Virus record (IMG/VR): IMGVR_UViG_3300039191_000589
Coordinates: 1 to 64,000 of that record
Reading direction: 5' to 3' (one strand)
DNA from: a virus
DNA length: 64,000 bases
Part shown: one piece after another, positions 56,477 to 64,000 of the stretch
How positions within the stretch are numbered: the first letter of the stretch is position 1
Layout: each line of letters begins with the position of its first letter
Notes under the pieces: model-generated
What the model was told of the DNA's origin: nothing
The model's input: the letters and a program-made list of their open reading frames with translations, nothing else
The model's database searches: none
Made by a program: the position numbers and the translations under genes

Positions 56477-59400
56477 TTGAGTAGAATAATTACTAACAAT
56501 AACAGTAATAACAATAGTAATAATTCTCAACAAGGAACAATTAATCGAAGATATGCAAATCATGGAAACAATGGTAGTATGATGAAATCAGCTATAACTG
56601 ATAAAAATTCACTACCAAATAATGTACAAAATCAAATAAATAAGAAAAAAGGCCCTAGAGCTAGAACAGCTAACGTTAACCGAAATAATACTAATCAAAA
56701 TAATAATGGTGGTATGCAAAAACAAGGTGCAGTACCACGTGGTGGATACAACGGGTATGGTGGTGGTATGGCTAGTGGATCAAGTGCTAACATAAAACAA
56801 TCTAGTCCAGAGTTTTATCATCCATTATTTCAAAATTTAAATATGATGTTACCACGTGATAGAAGGGAAAGAAATGAGTGGTGTAGACACTTTTACCGGG
56901 TTGAACCAATTATTGCTACAGCTTTAGATTTACATACTGAATTTCCTATTTCTGATTTTGATAATGTTGCTTCTGATCCATATATTAAAAAATTCTTTGA
57001 TCATATGGCTTTTGATAAATTAAATATGGTTAATTTACTTCTTGATATAGGATTAGAATATTGGAAAATAGGTGATGTATTTCCATTTGGGCAAATAAAT
57101 GAATCAGAAGGTATGTGGGAAAAGTTTGTATTATTAAATCCTGATTATATAGATATTCAATCATCAGTATTAGCGGAGGATCCAGTAATGGAATTAATTC
57201 CTGATGCTGAAATACAATCAATTGTTAATTCAGGTCCAAATGGAAAATATGGTGATATATATGATCAATTACCTGATGATGTAATTAGGCAAGTAAAAAT
57301 GGGGAAAAACATTAAATTGGATAGTAGATTAGTTTCACAAATTTCACATAAAGCTGCTCAGTATGAAACTTGGGGAACTCCAGTTATGATGCGTTGTTTT
57401 AAAACATTAATTTATAAAGATAAATTACGACAAGCACAAGATGCAATTGCTAATAGACATATTACTCCTTTAAGGGTAGCGAAGATTGGTCAACCAGGAG
57501 AACCAATGCCTTCGCAGGATGATTTAGATGCTTTTAGAGATACTTTAATGCAAGCTGATCAAGATCCTAATTTCTTTTTAGTATATCATTATGGATTACA
57601 ATTTGAATATGTTGGTTCTAATGGTAAAATTCTTCCACTAAACCAAGAATTTGATTTTATTCAAAAAGAACTAATGAATGGATTAGGAATAAATCAAGCA
57701 ATGTTAAATGGTGAAGGTCCTACGTATTCAAATGCACAAGTTGGATATGATACTTTAGCACGTCGTTATATGGCTTATAGGTTGCGTTTAGAATCATGGA
57801 TTAAAAATAAGGTATATAAACCAATAGCTGAAATTCAAGGTTTTTATGAATCAAAGAATGGCGAAATAAGTGCTAGTAATATGACTCCTAAGCAAAGAAA
57901 AATTTCAGCTCAACGAGGTGATATGGAATTAGTTATTCCAGATATTACATGGCGTGAACAAGATTTAACTACTAATCAAAGTGCAATGAATTTTATCCAA
58001 CAATTACAACAAAAAGGTTTAATTTCTATGCAAACAGTATTACCAATGTTAAACCTTGATCCTGAAACTGAAAAGAAACAACTTGAAGAAGAAAGAGGAA
58101 CAGTATTTGATCCAGATGCACCTAAGACAGGTCCTTTACCAAATCAAGGTAGTGGTTCTGGAAATCCAAAACCAGGCGATAAAAAACCATCAACTCCAGA
58201 TAAATCTGATAGTGGTGGAGATTCCGGTGGAGATTCAGATACTACTAAAGAAACAAGTATACAAGATTTTTTCAGTAAAACAGGAAGAATAAAAACTTCG
58301 TCATATAATAAAAAAAATAATAAAGAAAAACAATCAGTAGAAGCAACAATAAATTGGCGAAATACTATGGAACAAATTGGATTAAATAGTCAATTTAAAA
58401 AATATTTAATTTCAATAAATCAAGAAGTAGAAGATTATTATAATGAATTATTAAATAATATTGAAGTTGATATGGAGGAAGATCTAGATGAATTTTCAGA
58501 AAATGTTACAGCAGTATTAGATTATTATACTGAACCAATTGTAAAAATAGGAAAAGAAAAAATAGCAAATACAATTAATGAGGATATTGTTGAAGAGGAA
58601 GAGTTTATTAATCACTATAAAAATAATGATTTAAATGATTTTGAAAAAACTTTAAAGGATGCTTTAAATAATTGTTTTGGTGAATTAAATAATAAAAAAT
58701 TATTTGAAGAAATTAGTGAAATTATTTTTGGTTTTTGTTTGAAATTATTTAGATATTCTCAATTATTAGAATGTCTTAATCATAATATTAAAACCGTTTC
58801 ACTATCCAGTAATTATAATAGTTGTCCTATTTGTAGAACTAAAAGTAAATTTAATCATAATGTAGGTGATTTGATTGATAATATTGATGAGTTTCATGAA
58901 TCATGTAAATTAGTAATTAAACCTAATATAAAAGAAAGTGTTGAAGAATTATCTATTAAAAATACTAATATTAAATTTATTAATATACCAAAATCAATCA
59001 AAAATGAAATTGAACCACTAATTAATAAGATAAAAATGTCAACACCAGAATTATTAAGTGATAAAACAATTAAATTTGTTAATAATATAAGTGATTTAGA
59101 TGAATTTAATACTTTATTAAATAATAATCATCCTAAAGATAGAGTTAATCAAATTATTAATGATGTTCAAGGGAGTGTTGTTTCATTTGAGTATAATAAT
59201 GAGATATTTATTTCAAATGAACATTTAGAAAATATTAAAAATATTATTCTTAAATCAATATTAAAGGATAAATTAATGTTAAATAATGATTTAGGTTTTT
59301 GGAGAAAAGAATATAATAATAAGAAAAAATCAAAATATATTGGTAATGGAGTATCAATCTATGCTAAACCTTTTATAAATTATTTAGCTGAAGAAGATTT

Positions 59401-59527
59401 TAAAACATATTTTATTGAAAGTGCTATATATTATATTTTAAATCCACAATTATTAAAATCTATTGATAAAAATAATTATAAACAGCTTAAGGAAAATGTA
59501 TTTAATAATATAGAGTTTAGGGTGTGA
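56477..59527 (+). CDS. Portal protein fused to a C-terminal MuF-like head morphogenesis domain
   Basis: Portal-like core (W.R.FY..EP.IA.A.D.H..FP; EYW..GDVF; LNPD.I; WGTP...R.FK.L..KD.LR.AQ); G/S/P/D linker; then CPIC...FH.SC motif; upstream of prohead protease. Confidence 0.75.
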   Translation: MSRIITNNNSNNNSNNSQQGTINRRYANHGNNGSMMKSAITDKNSLPNNVQNQINKKKGPRARTANVNRNNTNQNNNGGMQKQGAVPRGGYNGYGGGMASGSSANIKQSSPEFYHPLFQNLNMMLPRDRRERNEWCRHFYRVEPIIATALDLHTEFPISDFDNVASDPYIKKFFDHMAFDKLNMVNLLLDIGLEYWKIGDVFPFGQINESEGMWEKFVLLNPDYIDIQSSVLAEDPVMELIPDAEIQSIVNSGPNGKYGDIYDQLPDDVIRQVKMGKNIKLDSRLVSQISHKAAQYETWGTPVMMRCFKTLIYKDKLRQAQDAIANRHITPLRVAKIGQPGEPMPSQDDLDAFRDTLMQADQDPNFFLVYHYGLQFEYVGSNGKILPLNQEFDFIQKELMNGLGINQAMLNGEGPTYSNAQVGYDTLARRYMAYRLRLESWIKNKVYKPIAEIQGFYESKNGEISASNMTPKQRKISAQRGDMELVIPDITWREQDLTTNQSAMNFIQQLQQKGLISMQTVLPMLNLDPETEKKQLEEERGTVFDPDAPKTGPLPNQGSGSGNPKPGDKKPSTPDKSDSGGDSGGDSDTTKETSIQDFFSKTGRIKTSSYNKKNNKEKQSVEATINWRNTMEQIGLNSQFKKYLISINQEVEDYYNELLNNIEVDMEEDLDEFSENVTAVLDYYTEPIVKIGKEKIANTINEDIVEEEEFINHYKNNDLNDFEKTLKDALNNCFGELNNKKLFEEISEIIFGFCLKLFRYSQLLECLNHNIKTVSLSSNYNSCPICRTKSKFNHNVGDLIDNIDEFHESCKLVIKPNIKESVEELSIKNTNIKFINIPKSIKNEIEPLINKIKMSTPELLSDKTIKFVNNISDLDEFNTLLNNNHPKDRVNQIINDVQGSVVSFEYNNEIFISNEHLENIKNIILKSILKDKLMLNNDLGFWRKEYNNKKKSKYIGNGVSIYAKPFINYLAEEDFKTYFIESAIYYILNPQLLKSIDKNNYKQLKENVFNNIEFRV

Positions 59528-59531
59528 TTAT

Positions 59532-59876
59532 ATGAATATAGGAATTATTTGTAATATAAATGATAATAAACCTATTGGAGTTATTGGAATTGAAGATAGT
59601 GGTGGAGAAGTTGATTTTATTACTCAATCAGAAAAACTTAATAGTGCTATAAGTATAATTTTAGAGCAAGATAAAATTAAAATGCCAATTAAAGAAGGTT
59701 TAGAACAAAACGAAATTATTAGAAATAAATATGTTACTTCAAATACTCCTCATTATTTATCTGGAATTAATTATAATTTACCTCGTCCTTGGAGAATATT
59801 AGGGGTGAGGTATCTAAAGGGAACCTTACAAGATCAATTAAAGAAAATGTATGATGAAATAAATCAATTAGAATAA
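59532..59876 (+). CDS. Hypothetical head-region protein
   Basis: Open frame in operon. Confidence 0.7.
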   Translation: MNIGIICNINDNKPIGVIGIEDSGGEVDFITQSEKLNSAISIILEQDKIKMPIKEGLEQNEIIRNKYVTSNTPHYLSGINYNLPRPWRILGVRYLKGTLQDQLKKMYDEINQLE

Positions 59877-59890
59877 GAGGGGGTGTTTTA

Positions 59891-60232
59891 ATGAAAAGAC
59901 TAATAAAAAAAGAGGGTAATAATGTATCTCCAAAAATGCATGAAGAAGTTGAAAAACATATAGAAGATTCTAATAAAGGTAAAAATAGATCAAGAGAATT
60001 ATATTCTCAACAAGAATATATTACAGCCAAAAGAATTTTAGCGGAAATACCTGTTACTCCAACCAATGAAAGGATTTATGAATTAGTTGAAGATATAAAA
60101 AAAGGAGAGTTTAAAGATATTTCTACTGTTGCTCAAGCGAAAAAGAATTGGTCTGATTGGGTAAAAAGAACCACTACAATTTTAAAAGATCGTGGAGTAA
60201 TTGGAACACAAGTTAATAATAATATAGAATAA
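59891..60232 (+). CDS. MKRLIKK-leader protein
   Basis: RBS GAGGGGG. Confidence 0.7.
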   Translation: MKRLIKKEGNNVSPKMHEEVEKHIEDSNKGKNRSRELYSQQEYITAKRILAEIPVTPTNERIYELVEDIKKGEFKDISTVAQAKKNWSDWVKRTTTILKDRGVIGTQVNNNIE

Positions 60233-60253
60233 TATAAATGGAGGCTGGTTTTT

Positions 60254-60793
60254 ATGAGTAAAGTTAAAATTAAAAATAATATGAAAAATACTACATTAAC
60301 ATTAGGAAATAAAAAGGTTGGTTTTAATAAAACAATTAATTTAACTAATGAGGAATTTAATAAATATATTACATTAGATATGATTAATAATAATGATGTT
60401 ATTTTAATGGAAAAAATTCCTAATAAACTTGATGAGCTAAATAATTCTACTGGTGATGTTGATACAATTGATGAGGTAAAAGAAATAATTGATAATATTA
60501 ATAATAGTATTGATTCATTAGAAACAACAACTAGTTCACTTCAAAGTACAACTGGTGATTTATCCACTGAAAATTCTAATTTATCTAATGAAATTAATAC
60601 AATTAATGAGGATTTATCCTCTATTAAAACTGATATTACTAATTTACAAACTGATGTATCTTCATTACAAGATAATTTATCACAATTAACTACCGACGTA
60701 AGTACAAATAGTGATGATATTTCCACAATTGAGACAGATTTAATAAATTTAGAAGATAGAATAACACAATTAGAAAATAATACAACTGCATAA
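60254..60793 (+). CDS. Coiled-coil (fibre-like) protein
   Basis: Long heptad pattern ending LEDRITQLE. Confidence 0.65.
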   Translation: MSKVKIKNNMKNTTLTLGNKKVGFNKTINLTNEEFNKYITLDMINNNDVILMEKIPNKLDELNNSTGDVDTIDEVKEIIDNINNSIDSLETTTSSLQSTTGDLSTENSNLSNEINTINEDLSSIKTDITNLQTDVSSLQDNLSQLTTDVSTNSDDISTIETDLINLEDRITQLENNTTA

Positions 60794-60800
60794 TTTATTA

Positions 60801-60830
60801 ATAGAAGGGTTTTTTCCCTTCTATTTTTTT
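60801..60830 (+). terminator. Rho-independent terminator
   Basis: ATAGAAGGG/CCCTTCTAT stem followed by T tract. Confidence 0.75.
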
Positions 60831-60901
60831 ATTTTATTATATTTTTTTATCTTATGTTTATTTAAAATATGAACAATAATATTATTTAAGGTGGTGAAGG
60901 T

Positions 60902-61825
60902 ATGTTAATTAAAACTGATACACAATTTAAAATTAATGATTATTATACCAACAAAGATGAAATAACTTTTGTTACTAATAAAGAGCCTGATTTTAATTTA
61001 TTAAAACAATCAGATACATTGAAGGTTAATAAAAAAGTAAAAAAAATTATGAAAACAGCAAAAAAGGTTAAAATTGCTCCTAAAGAAAGTGATTTTATTT
61101 ATGTAAGAAATAGAGCTGTTTCAGCAGGGAATGTAATTGATAAAAAAAATGGTGAAACACAATTAATTCCAATTGATGAATTTTATAAGTTTTTTGAGAA
61201 ATATGCTAATAAAGTAAGAGGGGCAAATGATAATGGAGATTTCTTTTCCCATGAAGAGTTAAAAAGAACTTATAAAACGTTTATAGGTAAATCTGCTTTT
61301 GTTGATCATCAAAATGATAATGTAGAAGATGCTCGTGGTATTATTTTAGATGCAGTATATAATGAAAAAGGTAGGTTTGTTGAACTATTAAAAGCAGTAG
61401 ATAAAAAAGCATATCCTGAATTAGCAAGAGGAATCGAATTGGGATATATTACAGATACTTCAATGGGATGTCGTTGTGGTTATTCTATATGTTCAATTTG
61501 TCAAAATGAAGCTACAACTGAGGATGAATTTTGTGAACATGTTTTATATTATAAAGGTACTTCATATAATGGATTGCCGGTTTTTGAGGATAATAGAGAA
61601 ATTGAATTTTTTGAAGATTCATTTGTTACTCAAGGTGCTGATGAAGATGCTAAAATTATGGAGAAGGTTGCTAAAATACAAAAAAATACTACTATTAAAA
61701 AACATAATAAAAGTTCACATAATAATAAACTAATGCAAAAAATTGCTAATGAACAAAATAAAAGAACTCGAAAAGGTAGAGTTAATACAATGTCAAATAA
61801 ATTAAATAATTTACCTTGGACTTAA
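60902..61825 (+). CDS. Capsid maturation (prohead) protease
   Basis: NDNGDFF..EEL....TFIGK..FVDH.N....ARG.ILDA...P.LA..I..G....TSMGC....SICSIC...FCEH...F.E.S.V..GAD..A. Confidence 0.75.
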   Translation: MLIKTDTQFKINDYYTNKDEITFVTNKEPDFNLLKQSDTLKVNKKVKKIMKTAKKVKIAPKESDFIYVRNRAVSAGNVIDKKNGETQLIPIDEFYKFFEKYANKVRGANDNGDFFSHEELKRTYKTFIGKSAFVDHQNDNVEDARGIILDAVYNEKGRFVELLKAVDKKAYPELARGIELGYITDTSMGCRCGYSICSICQNEATTEDEFCEHVLYYKGTSYNGLPVFEDNREIEFFEDSFVTQGADEDAKIMEKVAKIQKNTTIKKHNKSSHNNKLMQKIANEQNKRTRKGRVNTMSNKLNNLPWT

Positions 61826-61886
61826 CTTATATTTTATATATTTTATTTTATTTAAATATTAAAGAATTGAAATTAGGAGGAAAAAT

Positions 61887-62438
61887 ATGAAACGGTTAAT
61901 AAGAAAAGCATTAATGGATCCTGAAACATTTGAAAATGCGATTGAACAATTAGGTACCCAAGGGAGAGATATTTTAAAAGAAATTGAAGAATTTAAATAT
62001 AAATTAGATCAAGTTACTAGGATTACTCAAAATGATGAACAATTAACTAATAAATTAGAAAATAAAAAAAATGCTGTAGATAAAGCTGCTAATCAATTAT
62101 ATACAATTATATTTGATTTGGAAAATTTAGATATAACTCAATTATATCATCAATATGATGAAAATGTAAATGATCAAATGCCTCATAATCCATCTGATAC
62201 ACCAGAACAGCCTGGGGATATGAATACTAATGATGAAGAAAATGAACGCGAATATGACTCACCTGATGACACTGAGGATATTGAGACGCCTGATAATCCT
62301 AATAGTGATAATAATGAAGATGAAAATAATGAAGATAACGAAGATAATGAAAGTGGAGATAATGAAAATAATGATGATGGTGAAGAAGAAAATAATGAAG
62401 AAAATGAAAATAATGAAGAAAATGAAGAAAATAACTAA
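61887..62438 (+). CDS. MKRLIRKA-leader protein with E/N-rich acidic tail
   Basis: RBS AGGAGG. Confidence 0.7.
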   Translation: MKRLIRKALMDPETFENAIEQLGTQGRDILKEIEEFKYKLDQVTRITQNDEQLTNKLENKKNAVDKAANQLYTIIFDLENLDITQLYHQYDENVNDQMPHNPSDTPEQPGDMNTNDEENEREYDSPDDTEDIETPDNPNSDNNEDENNEDNEDNESGDNENNDDGEEENNEENENNEENEENN

Positions 62439-62467
62439 TATTTTTAAAAGAAAGGAGTATTAAGATT

Positions 62468-63469
62468 ATGAAGAATAAAAAATTGGGTATTAAAGTTATT
62501 GATAAAATTAATAATGATCAAAAAACATCAACGAAAAAAAATGGATATAAAATAAAACTTTCCAACAATTCTCGGCTAAAGAAAAAGGAAAGTAAACAAG
62601 AATATGTTGATGATATTCAAACTCAAGTTTCTCCTTTAAGCCCACAAATATCTAAAAATGAACAAAATAAAGATCAAAAAGATAAAGAGGTTAGTAAGGA
62701 TGAAATTGAAGAAATTAAAACAAAAAGAAAAGTTAATCAATTAAAACAAGAACAAAATAAAAAGCAATCAGATAAATTAAAAGGTGATTTAGCCGATGAA
62801 TTAATTGATATTGCCGTTATGAAAGATATGATTGCCGAAGAAGATGTTGAAATAGAAAAACAAAAAATAATTGCAATGAATGATGAAGAATATAAGAAAT
62901 ATAAAGAAAAAGTTGTAAATTATGAAGTTAATGGAGAAGTAACTAGTAAGGAAGATGAGTTTGAAGATAAAGAAGAATTAAGTGAGGCTGAAAAAATGCT
63001 ACAAAGAGTTAAAGGAACTGGAGGAAATATTGGAGATTTTTCTAAAGGTCCATCAAAATCATCAATGCCATCTCCTTCATCAATGCCTCAGCAATCACAA
63101 TCTAATGATAATAATAAAAGATCATTAAGTGAAGCAAAAAATAAAAATTTAAGTAATAGTATTACATTTGATAATCAACAAGCTCCTCCTTCTTTTAAGG
63201 ATGGGGTTGCTGCAAATTTATCAAAACAATTTAACCAACAAAACAATCAAACATCTAACCAACAAAGTAATCAAATGTCTAACCAGCAAAAAACTGCTAA
63301 TAAACAAACAAAAGAAGCTAAAAAAGAGTTACCTGGATTTGAAGATTTACAGGGATTAACTAAACCATTACAAATCTCTGATAAATCATCATCTAAATAT
63401 CCATCAAATAGTAATATTAAACAATTAATTGAAAATTTAGATTGGACAACAATGTCTAAAGTTCATTAA
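62468..63469 (+). CDS. Scaffold-like protein
   Basis: Charged/coiled-coil and Q/N/S-rich; lies between protease and decoration-like gene; C-terminal LIENLDWT resembles protease LNNLPWT. Confidence 0.5.
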   Translation: MKNKKLGIKVIDKINNDQKTSTKKNGYKIKLSNNSRLKKKESKQEYVDDIQTQVSPLSPQISKNEQNKDQKDKEVSKDEIEEIKTKRKVNQLKQEQNKKQSDKLKGDLADELIDIAVMKDMIAEEDVEIEKQKIIAMNDEEYKKYKEKVVNYEVNGEVTSKEDEFEDKEELSEAEKMLQRVKGTGGNIGDFSKGPSKSSMPSPSSMPQQSQSNDNNKRSLSEAKNKNLSNSITFDNQQAPPSFKDGVAANLSKQFNQQNNQTSNQQSNQMSNQQKTANKQTKEAKKELPGFEDLQGLTKPLQISDKSSSKYPSNSNIKQLIENLDWTTMSKVH

Positions 63470-63600
63470 AATTTTAAAAAAACTGTTATATTTAGTTTTA
63501 AAAATAGTATATAATAATTGAAATGATATTTTGTTGCAATAGTTGTAAATCAGCAACATAAAAAAATATAAATATATTTTCATTTGGAGGTGCAAATTAA

Positions 63601-64000
63601 ATGGCTGGAGGACACAAAGAGTTTGGACCAACTTATAATACTACTACGTGGGTCCGATTAGGAATTGAAGGAGATTTAAATGGTAATCATCCTGTAGATG
63701 TTACTGAAGCTCAAAATGTAGATGGAGAATTAGCTGGAAAATTTGCTGCAATAGGTGCTAATGGAGTTAAGCTTGGAACAGATGGTGGAACTGATGTAGT
63801 TGGATTATATAGAGAAGATTTAGGAGATATGATGAGTGCTTCTGAGAAAGCTACTTTTTATTTCCGCGGTGGAGAATATTATGTTTCTGAGCATAGATTA
63901 GGAACTGCTTTAGCAGATTTCTCTGAAGGTGATGAAATTACTAGTAATGCTAATGGAGAAATTATTCCAGTTGGACAATCTGCTGCTGCAACACCTAAAG
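63601..64000 (+). CDS. Partial gene, probable capsid decoration/cement protein (runs off window)
   Basis: RBS GGAGGTG; MAGGHKEFGPTY...ELAGKFAAIG...VVGLY..D...ATFYFRGGEYYV...GDEITSNANGEI; position after protease/scaffold. Confidence 0.55.
   Translation, partial: MAGGHKEFGPTYNTTTWVRLGIEGDLNGNHPVDVTEAQNVDGELAGKFAAIGANGVKLGTDGGTDVVGLYREDLGDMMSASEKATFYFRGGEYYVSEHRLGTALADFSEGDEITSNANGEIIPVGQSAAATPK

Noticed and set aside
22270-63359. Short + strand alternative-frame ORFs (22270, 30678, 43058, 50629, 58056, 61476, 62230, 63168)
   Set aside because: Nested in other frames of longer genes; 30678 overlaps the ATT-started ART-like gene, which has a recognisable motif
3527-63631. Short minus-strand track ORFs (3527, 3756, 5230, 10511, 16898, 23967, 40486, 43009, 49895, 53132, 53478, 54824, 55462, 57030, 60541, 63437)
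   Set aside because: Antisense shadows of well-supported + strand genes or promoters, with no RBS and biased composition
1-64000. tRNA, rRNA, introns or inteins
   Set aside because: No cloverleaf/T-loop pattern noticed in intergenic gaps, and terminase, portal and protease read uninterrupted; a tRNAscan-SE/Infernal run is needed to exclude them fully

Overview
Very AT-rich 64-kb segment of a large (jumbo-type) tailed phage or prophage infecting a low-GC Firmicute. Host evidence is strong GGAGG/GGTGA RBSs and sigmaA-type promoters; an NhaC-type cargo gene hints at a saline niche (inference). Almost all genes are on the + strand. Left to right: (1) 1-3130, a C5 DNA methyltransferase and an IS1380-family element lacking a target duplication; (2) 3.1-19 kb, an early region of repeated TTTACA-N17-TATAAT promoter cassettes dominated by a family of about 34 small paralogous genes (by my count) sharing a C-terminal F-x4-(D/E)A-x2-A-x2-W-(I/L)-E-S...KL signature; (3) 19-23 kb, a Ycf46-like AAA ATPase/DUF1257/DUF2997 module embedded in that family; (4) 23-41 kb, cargo and DNA-metabolism genes (NhaC-type transporter, GH13 alpha-amylase, 5'-3' exonuclease, nucleases, SLOG-DUF488 fusion, two ADP-ribosyltransferase-like genes, dTMP kinase); (5) 42-64 kb, head morphogenesis (large terminase, S8 and M16 peptidases, phage sigma factor, portal fused to a MuF-like domain, prohead protease, scaffold-like protein, start of a decoration-like gene). 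Best candidates for undescribed systems: (a) a recurrent basic leader (M)KRLIKK(S/A) on at least 9 otherwise unrelated proteins or modules, including an ATT-initiated ART missed by the ORF track, resembling a capsid-targeting/cleavage tag; (b) the paralog expansion and its possible link to the AAA module; (c) three in-frame TGA codons inside otherwise intact genes. Several 1-nt homopolymer frameshifts may be slippage or assembly errors. All family assignments come from motif recognition by eye, not database searches.
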